A stretch of 64,000 bases of DNA from Vicugna vicugna (lineage: Eukaryota). The notes beneath the pieces are model-generated. The model had not been told where the DNA came from and did no database searches. It saw only the letters and a program-made list of their open reading frames with translations. The stretch spans positions 125,816-189,815 of the forward strand of contig MU058478.1 in NCBI GenBank assembly GCA_013265495.1. Direction: 5' to 3'. Positions 12,325-24,179 of this stretch are shown here, in pieces (the stretch's first letter is position 1; each line of letters starts with the position of its first letter). Made by a program: the position numbers and the translations under genes.

Positions 12325-12720
12325 TTTATTCATTCATTCATCTGTTCAATTTTCACATGGAGGAAGTAGACACTGAGTAAGGTAAATAAGTAAAGTGTGT
12401 GTTGTGTTAGATGGTTATTAAATAAAAGGGAGAGCAATAAAGCAAGGAGAAAATGAGAAGGGATGGCCACTTTTGATATGGTGGCCAGAGAGACTCTCAA
12501 AGAGCAACAACATATGTGCAGAAGCCTGAAGGATTTCCAAGATGAAGCCATGTAAATATCTACAAAAAGACACCAGGATCAGAGAAAACGTGGCTGAGCT
12601 GAAGGACAATAAAGGGGTGAGGGAGGCTGGGAGGGAAGCAGAGGATGAAGGCAGAGAGGAAGAGATAGAGAGTGACTGTGTCATCACACTGACCCCTGCT
12701 GGCCGTATATCGTTAATTTT
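12325..12720 (-). mobile_element. L2 fragment
   Basis: Starts with (TTCA)n, the reverse complement of the L2 (TGAA)n tail, followed by purine-rich antisense L2. Confidence 0.5.
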
Positions 12721-13976
12721 GGGACCAGGAATGGATCCCTCATGTTCCATTCAAAGCTGTTCAGCTCCTTTGAGTGCTCATCCTCATCCTCTCTTTCTTC
12801 CTCAAGGACGTTACACTAGAATTTCTCTCCTCTCTCTCCTATGTTGTTTCACCTTTGATGTTAGTTCACTCTCATCACCAAACATGTTACAATGTCTTCT
12901 ATTATGGAAAAAAAATCTAGATTTTTCCACCTACTTCCAACTATCACTCTATTTATTGCTCATTTGAGAGCAGATGTTTGTGAAATGACTGTCTGTTCTC
13001 TTGGTCTCCGATGATTCACTCCCCACTTACACTTACACTCCCATTGGACTCAAGCTTCTACGGCACCATTGCACAACGTTCATAACTGTCAAGTTCAAAG
13101 TTGTCTCCACACTGGTAAATTCCAAGGTCACTTCCAATCATCAAGAGACCTATCAGCCACGCTTCTCAGGGCCGATGATGGGAAAGACTGTCTTCACCCA
13201 ATCTTGTGCTTTTGGTGGGGTGTCTCCTTGCCACTCTTGACTCCTCTCCATCCCATATCCCTTGTCTTGTTCCATCTCCTTGAACGTTAAGATCCAAATG
13301 TCTCATACTCTGTTCATGGACTTCTCTTCTTCATCTACACTCATCCCCTTGGTGTTCCCCTCAAGGTGTTAAACAACACATGCATTTGCTGAGGATTGCT
13401 GAATCTTTATCCCAGCTCAGACCTCATCTGAGTTTCAAATCGTGTAAACCACAGTGTCCTTGTCATCTGCATGGGACAGCCCTGTAGGCATCTGAAACCT
13501 TCCAAGTCCATAACCAAAGTCTGATCCTTCCACCGAGAAGTGGAAACTCTCACCTTTCTGGTTGCCCAAGCCAAACCGTGTATCATTCTTAATTACTCTC
13601 TCTCTTACTCCATGTCCAACCCATCACCAAATCCTATCAGTTCTAATTTCCCAATATACCCGGAAATGGACTATTTACCCCATCTTCTCCCGCAACACCA
13701 TCACGTCAGTCAAAGCCATGGGGCATATATGTCCCTTCCTCCTCGGGCTTCCTGTTTCCAGCTCATCTCCATCACTTTCCTTATAGCTAAAGCAGCCACA
13801 TTAAAGCCTCCTTCTGCTTACAGCTTTTCACCTGCATCAAACTCACTCAGGACCACTTTCCTCATGTCTTTTGGGCTTTGGTATAAATTACACTTTCTCA
13901 TGAGATCTTTTTTGGCATTATTTGAGGTTAACGACTTGCACACCACTCACACCCTCTATCCACCTGGACACCTTTT

Positions 13977-14423
13977 AATCAATCATTTAATTAATTGGTT
14001 GATTGATTAAATTTTATTGAAGCATAGTCAGTTACAATGTTGCATCAATTTCTGATGTACAGCATAATGTTTCAATCATACATATACGTACATATATTCA
14101 TTTTCATTATAGGTTATTACAAGATATCGAATATAGTTCCCCATGCTAGACAGAAGAAATGTCTTTTTTACCTGTTTATATATAGTCGTTAAGATTTGCA
14201 AATCTTGAATTTCCAGTTTGTCCCTGCCCACCGCCATTCCCCCCCTGGTAATTGTAAGTTCTTTTTTTTTTTTTTTTTTTTAAAGTTTCANNNNNNNNNN
14301 NNNNNNNNNNNNTCATATGGTATTTTTCTTTCTCTGTCTGGCTTACTTCACTTGGAATAGCGATCTCCAGGCCCATCCATGTTGCTGCAAATGGCATTAT
14401 TTGATTCTTTTTTATGGCTGAGT
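13977..14423 (-). mobile_element. Young 5'-truncated L1 (artiodactyl/camelid-type 3' end)
   Basis: The ORF track shows the ORF2 C-terminal peptide IMPFAATWMGLEIAIPSEVSQTEKEKYHM. The 3' UTR is shared with 25291, 40535 and 47845. Degenerate TSD GACACCTTTT/GACACTTTCT (13967/14425). Confidence 0.9.
14291..14312. other. Assembly gap (22 N)
   Basis: N run close to a long T homopolymer inside an L1. Confidence 1.
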
Positions 14424-14599
14424 TGACACTTTCTATCTTTCTAGTTACATGATTTTTTTCCTCCATTGTCCTTATCGCTCGCTGGCAGTATATATTTTAT
14501 TCATTTGCTTGTTTATTGCCTGTCAACCTCAACTAGCTGATAAGCTCCAGGCTAGACTGTTTTCTTTTTTCGTTTGCAGTGTAACCACGTTCTAACCAT

Positions 14600-15210
14600 C
14601 ACCTCCTCCCTCCGACTCAAAGGCACTGTGTTCTTACCTGCTATGCCCGTAGATTAAGTGCGTTTGTCTTTCAAACTTTCAAAAATTAGGACTCACGTAA
14701 AGGACATATACTTTGGGGTCTGGCTTCATTCACTCAAAATTATTTTGTGAATTCATTCTTGTTTTTGTGGATAGCTGTCACTGTTTGTTTTCAATGCTGT
14801 CGGTTATTCCATTGTAAATATACCCCATTCTATTTATCCCTTTTTCTACTGATGGCATTTGGTTGTTTCAACTTTTTGTATATATCACTGAGTGCATCTA
14901 GGTTCTTCTTATTTGTGTAATTTGATGCATACATGTCTCATCTTTGTAGAGTATATGCCAAAAAAACATAATTCCAAGAATAAAGCTAGACATTACTATG
15001 ATCTACTCACATTATATGTATTTTGTTTATGCTGTTTACATCTGCGCTTGTGAAAGATACAGGCTTATAATTTTCCTTTCTTAAAACACAATTGTCAACT
15101 ATAAATATCCAATGCATGTTGGTTTCATGGAATTGGAAGTGTTTTCCATTACTGAAAAGTTAATGTAAGATTTTTTTTTCCTTAAACATTTAGTGAAATT
15201 CACCATGGTC
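14600..15210 (-). mobile_element. Ancient L1 (L1ME-like) fragment
   Basis: TCTGGCTTCATTCACTCAA...TATTCCATTGTAAATATACCCCATTCTATTTATCC resembles an antisense L1 3' end. Confidence 0.65.
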
Positions 15211-15309
15211 ATTAAAATACTATAACATAAATAATAAAACTGTGTGATTAACAGATACATTCATCAACATTACAGATATTTTATATTCACATAAAAAGTG
15301 GACCGTTTT

Positions 15310-15710
15310 TCCTATAATGATCCAAGGTTGCTGCTGACCTGAGATGGACATGTGCGCACAGTAAGTTTATAGATGCTCTTGGGAACCATACCTGTGAACG
15401 AGTGAGGGAAATGGGTTTGGAGGAGAAGCTGAGCAGAGACTCAGTGGTCGCAGATGACTCCATGTGGACCACACATGGCATTTCAGAGTTGTCTTAAATT
15501 CAGGAATTAGGATAAAGGGGCCAAGCATCTGTACTCTTGAAATAGATGATCACAGGATGACGGCTGCCTCTGGGGAGGGGTGACCAGTAGCCTTTGGCAA
15601 GGCTGCTTTTTTAACCTAGGGTGATTTGGGGGGAGGCACTTAGCTCTGATTGGTCAGCAGATGGTGAAATAAACACTGGGGCATCATATCTTCCCATCAA
15701 CTACAATGAC
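15310..15710 (-). mobile_element. Old ERVL-type LTR (LTR16/LTR33-like)
   Basis: GACCTGAGATGGA...AAGTTTATAGATGCTCTTGGGAACC pattern; heavily diverged. Confidence 0.4.
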
Positions 15711-17359
15711 ATTTTAGACCTCCAAAGCTAGACAAAGTGATGCAGACAATGTCCTGATTTGATACAGAGACACAGAACATGGACCGCTGGAATCTGAACT
15801 GCGAGAAAAGATGTAAGACTCAAAGGAAAAGAGGCTTTCCTCCTGACTAGGATGAACGTCCATCCGCAAACTGTTTGAGTTCATTTCCACATTGATAGGT
15901 AAGCTAGAATTGAACGTTTTCCAAGGTAAATTGAACTTATTCAGAACTGCTGGCATGGCATCATGTTTGGAAAGAGGAAGTGGAGAGAAGGAACAAGTAG
16001 GGAACACAGGTCCTAATGTCCCAGAAATTAGATAACAGAATGTCAGACTCAAAGGGGAAAAGGCTGTTGCCAATTCTGATCAGTTCTCCCAAGCCCCCTT
16101 TCCTCAGTGTGTTTTCAATATTGAGATACGGATGCAAGTTATGAAGCAGATGTCACTCTGATGATCTGTACCTGGTTATGCCGCGTTACTGTAGTCAACC
16201 GGCCTCTGCTTTTGGGAGAGGATGGAGAAGGGAAGGAAGGTGCCATGAACTTAACTGAAGAAATTTTATTGACGGGACTTATTGTGGAAAAATTGTAGAG
16301 GTGAATTTTCATAAGAAGGGGTGAGCTATAGAGAATTCATTTATTTTTCTTTTTAGCATCAAAACTCCTTGACAATCCAAAAATCGTATGCAACTCAGTA
16401 GACGATAGGGTGATTCTTTGCATTGTAGAAGCAAAAAATAAATACATAAACACAAAATAAATATGTGCTTTCCTTGAAACCTTGCATGGGTGTGTAATTG
16501 AAAGTGACCCCAGGGAAATCTCTAGGAAGAACTTACTATCCTGAGATGCAAATGCAAAGAGGCTGGGGTTTTTGGAATTTCTTTACAATCGGAGGTGGTG
16601 AGCACCAAGGTCCAACGCAAGTTATGATGGAGGAGCCAGGTGTGCAGCTCCCACGTTAGCTCCCACCTGCCCAGGTGTTCCTTCCACTGGAGTTGGAGCA
16701 TCCTGTTTCCCGACCATTTCCCAAGCCTGGTTCTTTATCCAACCCATTAATCATATTTGCTCAACCATAATTTCTAATAATTCCTGTTGCCTCAGTTACG
16801 AAAGATTACTATTTCCAGACTGGTGTTGCTGCTCAAATAGTGAGACTATGAAATCATTGGCTCTTGAAGGGGACAGAAACAAGGGCAGGTCTTAGAAGCT
16901 GTCTCTGGGATGATTCTAAGACAATTGCCAATGAGGTACGATTAACTTGGGTTGGCATGGAGCTTGCAGGCTCTCAGAACTCCACTTGCCATGTCAAGGA
17001 GGTGTATGATCCCAGAATTGTTAACATATTAATTTTTTTGATCCATCACGTGAAATGTTGTTAATCTCTGTTTTATTAAACATTCTCATTCTTAAAAATA
17101 TTTACCTAAAAATCTAAAAAGCAGACATTGGATTGGCCAAGCCCAGAAGTGTTAAGCAGAAATCTTGCCAAAGAATATTCCGAATGTGTGCGTTGTAGAC
17201 TTCTGGTTTAATTTTTTTTTTCTAATACACATGGTGTGTGCTTTCATTCCAGCCAATTTTTTTTTTAAATACAGAAGCACAGGACAAAAATAGACAGGTC
17301 ACGATGCATTACCACAGTGTGAGTGTGTCCCAAGATAATTGCATCCCATTACAAAGCGA

Positions 17360-18790
17360 TGGAAGGATTTGTGATGGGACATCCAATTAGGATTTTCAAA
17401 ATAACACTGTGACAAGTGAGGGCGTGGGGTCAAGACATAAAGCAGGGAGACTGTTTTGAAAACAATTTTAATAATTCAGGAAACTAATTATATTCACCAA
17501 ATGAGAGTGGTAGTAATGGAAATGAAGAGAAATGAAATACGATGAGAGAGTTTAAAGTAAGACGAAGGTTGATGGCAGGGTTTCCATGATAGATTAAGTT
17601 CTAATGTCTTAAAGCTCTCCAGGCATACGATGAATTATGCCCTGTGTACCTAGAAAGATACAATTAGACATTATTTTTGAGGTAATGGGGAAACTAGTTT
17701 CCCACGTTCTGTAATTGAGAGGAGGACCTGGTTGAGAAAAGCTAGATGTACTTGAAGCTCTGATATTGGGTGACTGGGTGGATGGTAATGATTTACTAAC
17801 CCTGAGAACTACCAGAATAGATCAACTTTGGATAAACAAAGATGGAAAAATTTTTTTTTTTGGAGTTGAAATTGCTCACTCATGAGGCAATATTCAGTAG
17901 CCAAACTATATAGATTTGGAAAACAGTAAGAAATGCAGGCTGCAGACCTAGATTTGGAGATTACCATTGAATATGATGGTGGAAGTCAGGGGTCAGGAAT
18001 GAGATCAGAGACGGAGAGGGAGAGAGAAGTAATGGCCTCCAACCCAAAGTTGAAGAGCGGAGAGAAAAGCAAGCTTGTTGAGGCATTAGGAGAGATCTGA
18101 GACTTTGGCACATCAAATGCAGACAGGAGGGGAAATGCTTGCAACCATATCTTATTATTAATGAGTCCAAACTCATTCTGCTCACCACATGACAGGCCAA
18201 TAAATCGGGAGATGAGGTGTTGGGGCAATAAATAGTGAATTTATTCAGATAGCCAGCAGGCTGAGAAGATGGCAGACTAATGTCCTGGAGAACCATCTTC
18301 CCCAAGTCAGAATTCAGGCTCCTTTTATACTAAAAAGGGGAGGCGGTGTGGTTGGTTGTTGCAAACTTTTTGTGACAGGAATCCTTCTTTCTTGCAGCTG
18401 TGCACGTGGGTCAGGTCATGGTGCCCCTGCAAACCTCCAGCAAAACAAATGTTATTTTCTATTCTGCAACTTGTTACCTTTATAGGAGTGCAGAGGTGTT
18501 AACATCCTTAAATGTCAGAGCCTTGACACTGGGCTCTGCTGTGTATTTCAGGCTAAAAGCAACATTCTTTTCCAAAAGGTGCAGAGCCAGCAAGACTGAG
18601 CCCAGAAAACAGGGCACAGGGTTAAAGCCAAAGGAACAGGTCGGATTTGTTCTTTTCTGTTACACTGTGAGGAATGATTGGGGGAGCTTGAGAGAAAAAG
18701 GCCAAGACATAGCTGCTACAATTATGAGAAAGGCCAAGAATTTGAAGACTAAATCTACAACCATTTGCTTAATGCATCTGGCCAGAATCA
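17360..18790 (-). mobile_element. L2 fragments, split by the LTR at 18156-18664
   Basis: Purine-rich antisense L2 phrases (GGTGACTGGGTGGATGGTAATG, GGCTGCAGACCTAGATTTGGAGA) appear to continue on both sides of the LTR. Confidence 0.6.
18156..18664 (-). mobile_element. ERV1-like solo LTR (family A, copy 1)
   Basis: Reverse complement of 20759-21280 and 44407-44927. The minus strand starts TGTAACAGAAAAGAAC. Confidence 0.9.
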
Positions 18791-19679
18791 AAGAAATCCA
18801 GGGAACTGAAGAGCAGAGTTGTATTCCCTAAGATAACTGCTTTTGAGATGTTGCTGAAGATAGTTTACTTTTGCAAAGACAGAACCCCAAATAGAACCAG
18901 GACCTCTATGGGGCCCCCAACACAAAATTTGGGAAAGCAACGCTCCGGGAGCATCACTATTTCTGATACTCTGTATGCACAGCACGTTTTCTCTAGGGTC
19001 AGAGTAACCCAGGGGAGGGAGATGTGGCAACAGCCACCATCATGATTCATGTAGCAGCATTTTGCAGAAAGGGGTGCTTGACTGCTCCTCGCAGACTCCT
19101 GTCCCAGCTGTCCCTGGAAACTGGGGGTGACCAGCACTGGGTTGCGTGCACACACTCTGGAACCAGGACCTAAACTCTGCAAGGCAGGGACCAACATTGT
19201 CTGCCTCCATTAGAAACAAATGATTGGAGTAAAAAATAAAGAACAAATCTCCATGAGAAAGAGAAACAAATAAAGCTGAATCTGTTTGACTCTAAATACG
19301 CGTGTGGGTCTCCCAGAGTTTTTTTAGGTCTCTCAATTTCCTCTCAAAAACTTTGGCCATTTCTGTCTCTCCGCTCCAACACTAGACATAGAACTTAGTC
19401 CCTTTGTGAAGCTTGCAGAAGCAGACACACACATCACATGCATATTAAAGAAAGAGATCCACTAACATAAGCATATGTGGGCTCACAGCCCAGCAAGCCA
19501 GAAGGTTAAAGTTGAATTTATATATAAAATCTCACTCCCTTAATAACAATGCTTTAACTATCATAAAAAGATCAAAGGCTAGCTGTCATTCATCTTCCTC
19601 CTCCCCTGCTACTCTGCTGGTTTTCTTTTTTTTTTTTTCTCCTTGCTTCTTAGTCTCCCCCAAACGTTTAGAAAGACGT

Positions 19680-20070
19680 TTCACCTAATCATAGACACAG
19701 AAAATAAATTAATATTACTGGGTGCTGAGAGGGAGGGGCGGATGGGGAGCTGCGTCGTCTGCTCCTGTATCAGCACGTTGTGCGTCAGGGATAAAGAGGG
19801 ACAGGGCAGGCTGCCCTCCTTATTTATGGGACTTAGGTGCCCATCAGCAAATTTTGGTACCCATAAGGGTTCCCGGAACCCATCTGCCCCCTTCTCCATC
19901 ACAAGGGACAGATCATTTAATAGGTACAGAGTTTCTATTTGGGACGATGGAAACGTTTTTGAAACAGATGGTGATGACCAACAATGTGAATGTAATGAAC
20001 AACACTGAACTGTAACCTTCAGAAGTGTAAAAGGGGCAAAATCTATATTGTATGTATTTTATCACAATAC
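19680..20070 (+). mobile_element. L1MB/MC-like 3' end with an internal insertion
   Basis: TTTAATAGGTACAGAGTTTCTATTTGGGACGATGGAAACGTTTT...TGTATGTATTTTATCACAAT is a typical L1M 3' terminus. Confidence 0.75.
19810..19912 (+). mobile_element. Probable MER2/Tigger end fragment nested in the L1
   Basis: ATTTTGGTACCCATAAGGGTTCCCGGAACCCATC...AAGGGACAGA resembles the MER2 terminal inverted repeat region. Confidence 0.45.
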
Positions 20071-21010
20071 ATACGTTAAGAAAGAAAAGCAAAGGTAGGG
20101 AGCGGTGGGTTGCCCAGCATGGTACAGAGGGAGGCTCCTGGAGACATTTCCTCTGGACTGGTCCCCCTGGCATCTGAGCCCCAGGCAGGTCATCTTCCCA
20201 GTCCCCAAAATGTATTATTCTGCACCCAACCTCCAAGCTTTGCTCATGAAGGTCAGCCCTGCTGAAAACCCGATGCCTGAGAAAACCCGATGGATGTAAC
20301 AGAAAAGAACAAATCTGACTCCACCTTAGACCTGTTCCTTTGGCTTTAACCCTGTGCCCTGTTTTCCAGGCTCAGTCTTACCGGTTCTGCACCTTTTGGA
20401 AAAGAATGTTGCTTTTAGCCTGAAAGACACAGGAGAGCCTGTTCTCAAGGCTCTGACGTTTAAGGATGTTAACACCTCTGCACTCCTATAAAGGTAACAA
20501 GTTGCAGAATAGAAAATAACATTGGTTTTGCTGGAGGTTTGCAGGGATACGTTAAGAAAGAAAAGCAAAGGTAGGGAGCGGTGGGTTGCCCAGCATGGTA
20601 CGGAGGGAGGCTCCTGGAGACATTTCCTCTGGACTGGTCCCCCTGGCATCTGAGCCCCAGGCAGGTCATCTTCCCAGTCCCCAAAATGTATTATTCTGCA
20701 CGCAACCTCCAAGCTTTGCTCATGAAGGTCAGCCCTGCTGAAAACCCGATGCCTGAGATGTAACAGAAAAGAACAAATCTGACTCCACCTTAGACCTGTT
20801 CCTTTGGCTTTAACCCTGTGCCCTGTTTTCCAGGCTCAGTCTTACCGGTTCTGCACCTTTTGGAAAAGAATGTTGCTTTTAGCCTGAAAGACACAGGAGA
20901 GCCTGTTCTCAAGGCTCTGACGTTTAAGGATGTTAACACCTCTGCACTCCTATAAAGGTAACAAGTTGCAGAATAGAAAATAACATTTGTTTTGCTGGAG
21001 GTTTGCAGGG
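20071..21010. repeat. Tandem duplication, 476/464 bp (20071-20546 and 20547-21010)
   Basis: The copies differ by 3 substitutions and a 12-bp indel (GAAAACCCGATG). The unit includes the 5' half of an LTR. Confidence 0.95.
20295..20546 (+). mobile_element. Partial family A LTR (5' half), created by the tandem duplication
   Basis: Almost identical to 20759-21010. Confidence 0.9.
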
Positions 21011-21280
21011 ACACCATGGCCTGACCCACGCACACAGCTGCAAGAACAAAGGATTCCTGACATCAAGAAGTTTGCAACAACCAACCACACGCCCGCCCCT
21101 TTTTAGTAAAAGAGGAGCCTGAATTCTGACTTGGGGAAGATAGTTCTCCAAGACATTAGTCCCCCATCTTCTTAATCTGCTGGCTTTCCAGATAAAGTTG
21201 CTATTCCTTACCCCAACACTTCATCTCCCAATTTATTGGCCTGTCATGCAGTGTACAGAATGAGTTTGGACTCAGTACCA
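20759..21280 (+). mobile_element. ERV1-like solo LTR (family A, copy 2)
   Basis: TGTAACAGAAAAG...GGACTCAGTACCA termini; homologous to the copies at 18156 and 44407. Confidence 0.9.
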
Positions 21281-23969
21281 CAGGGACAGCAAAGAATTCT
21301 GTCCAGAGACACCACCAACCCACACAAGAGGGGAGAAAAGCTATTTTGCTTTCCAGAGTCAGTTTGTTCATCATCCAAGAAGAAGCTAGATAAAACAAAT
21401 TTAAATAATACTTTATATGTAAACTCTACATGTTTATAAAGGAAAATGAGGCACAGAAATGCTGTGTGTTTATGGAGACCTCCACTCACAGTGGATGACA
21501 GATCTGGGGCCAGAGCTGGTCCGTGCCAGATCTCAGGTAGCTTTTCAACACAGCAAAATGGTCTTCTCTATCCATGGATGGGAATCACTGCTGGTGCCTT
21601 TCAAATTAAGAAAGTGCAAACTGTTCTTGACACATTTGATTGGCATCTTTCTTTAGACTTTGCAATTTGGGTTAGGGAATATATTTGGATGGGAAAAGTC
21701 TCAGGAAACAAGTGAGAGCTTTTCCTGATTGCATATGGAGCTCTACTAATGCACAATTTTTTAAAATATCCCCTTTAAATCTTTTTTTTTAATACATGCA
21801 TTGTTATTGCCCTCTTTAAAGTGTTTTCACTGAAGAGTTTACATCTTTATTTGCTGTGGTAAAACCAGCGAGTGGAGATGCCATCAACAACAAAACCAAA
21901 TGAAGCAAAACCAGAAAATTACAACCACAAAGATCATCTTTAAAAGACATATTTAACGTTTAGCCTTAAAAGACATTAGGCATTTTCAAGAAGCTCTCTT
22001 AGGAACAATGTATCAAATACTTGAGGTCACATAATGGTATTTAAATGGAAATCCATCTGAGTAATGTTAATGTTTGACATTTAGGGGGGAAAAAGGTTGA
22101 AAGTAGTAGAATGGCAAAGAATAGCTCTTTGTGGAATCAGATGAAGACCTTCAAACTCATTCCACTCCAGATCCAAAAGTGGGGTGCTTGCCTGGGGAAT
22201 GATGTCATGCAGTCTATTTTAAGTTACCGAGAAGGGGGGTCCACCTATCACGCTGTGTACAGACACAGATCAAAGTTCAAAAATGTAGAAGAGATTGGCA
22301 AATTAGAAAAGTGACATAAACATTAGATGTAATGAAGAAACTTGCCCAAAGTTACACCAACTATAAATGTCATAGACACCGGCACACAGAAAATCAGGAC
22401 AAAGTATGTGCTGACCAAAAACACTCAGAATCAGGCAAATGTAATATAAATTGTGGCAGGAAAACTTCCTAATTCTGTGTCCTGGCTGTTTCTCAAGTCA
22501 AACAGAACTTGCTGCTGGAAATGACATAGTAGAAGTAGGCAAAGAAAGGCTGAGGGTTCAAACGGACAGAACGGTTCTTACTAGAGCATCAAATTATTCT
22601 TTGGAATCATGCGATAATCAAAACTGAGATTCAGGACAGCGGTAACCAAACTTCAGAAAGGGAGCCTAATGAAATGGCAGCTCGAATTAGTTAAAAATCT
22701 GAATTGCATGAGAGTGGAAAGAAATCCAATTTTAGAATTATTGAATTTTAAATAGAGACAAACTCTAAGATCGCATGGTTGGTAAATGCATATCTGAAGG
22801 AGTTTTTCCTAGTAAAGGTATTTAGAAAACCAGACCAATGAACACATATGAATCATATAAATAATAAACCATCTTTCACAGTAACTTAGCTATTAAAAAT
22901 GTTGGGCATCTGGATAGTGTCGATCACCGTGTTTGAAAAAAATGTCACGGCGCAGAATGACATACAACTCATAAAGTTGCCCAGAAAAATCACATAGACA
23001 AAGGGGACCCATCACATTTAAATTAAACTAAAAGCAGAGGGCAAAAGGACATTTTTAAAAAGCCTTCATTAGAGACATGAAATGAATGCTGTATTTTGTC
23101 ATCACTTATAAGGTATATATTTATTTAAAATAATAAAATTTAGAGCATCTTTAAGTGTGTCTGTGTCTCCCTGTTTATAAACACATACATGTATAAATGC
23201 ATGTGTGCATATATATATATATATTCCATACATATATACATGTCGATATGTTTATATTATATTTATATACTTTGTGAACACATATATGGGTTTATAAAAA
23301 TTTGGTTACAAGGTTAGAGACTGGAATATGGGAAAAATCACTAATGATCAGTATTTGGAATTAGAGGTAGACGATAATAAATATTATATAAATAATATCA
23401 TATCTTATATTATATTATCCATGTGTATCTATGTATCATTTGATTGCCCTTAACCTCTCAAGCGTTTTCCTCCAGCCCCACCCTACGTGGTACCATCTGC
23501 TTAGGAGTGAAAGATGTGGACTATTGAAACTGAGATTTTTCACAAATGGAAGAAGCGCCTATTGGAGTGTTTCAGCCCACTGTGATTGTCACCATCACAT
23601 CTGCACATGTTGCCCAGGATCATCTGCCCGTTGGAGCCTGTTCGATCGGACATTCAGTACTTACTACTGTAGAATAAATCTTGTGAAAACTATCATTACA
23701 ACATGATTTTCTTTTTTAAAAAAATCACGTGCAAAAATCCTTTAGGAGGGGTTGGTTCAAGATAAGATGGAGCGTACACCCTGTGCCCCGTCCTGTTCAC
23801 TGAATATTGATGTCCAACCCAGACGGAAAACACAAGCCATCTGAGGACTCTAGAGAGCAAACAAATCAGGCAGAAGGTCTCAGCAAAGAAACAGAACAAA
23901 AAGGAGAGCCAAATGGGAAAGTTTAGAACAGAAATATACTTGAGTAAAGAAAACCAACAAGTACAGACA

Positions 23970-24155
23970 TTGACATTTCCTCTGGCTGTTGCAACAAGTT
24001 AGCACAAATTGGGTGGCTTTAAAAACAACAAAAATGTATCATCTCACACTTCCGGAAGTTAGAAGTCTGAGATCAGGGTGCCCGCGGGGCCATGCCGGAC
24101 CAAGAAGCTCTAGGGGAAATTCTGTCCGTAATCTTATCCAGGCTCTGCTGTTTGT
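23970..24155 (-). mobile_element. MLT1 (MaLR) LTR fragment
   Basis: CACAAATTGGGTGGCTTTAAAAACAACAAAAATGTATCATCTCACACTTCCGGAAG is the antisense MLT1 3' end. Confidence 0.75.
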
Positions 24156-24179
24156 AGTCTTTATATAAAGCATGAAAAA

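Larger units (their letters stand above)
12760..14590 (+). mobile_element. L2 LINE fragment, interrupted by an L1 at 13977-14423
   Basis: Pyrimidine-rich L2 phrases: CTTCTCTTCTTCATCTACACTCA, TCTTTATCCCAGCTCAGACCTC, and CTAGCTGATAAGCTCCAGG near the 3' end. Confidence 0.7.

Noticed and set aside
19913..21151. Tandem small-gene family suggested by repeated peptides in the ORF track
   Set aside because: The repeats arise from the 476/464-bp duplication and LTR family A. There is no evidence of gene structure.
18156..21280. A past inversion between the inverted family A LTRs
   Set aside because: The host L2 appears to continue in the same orientation on both sides of copy 1, and the flanking 4-mers do not show a clean TSD swap.
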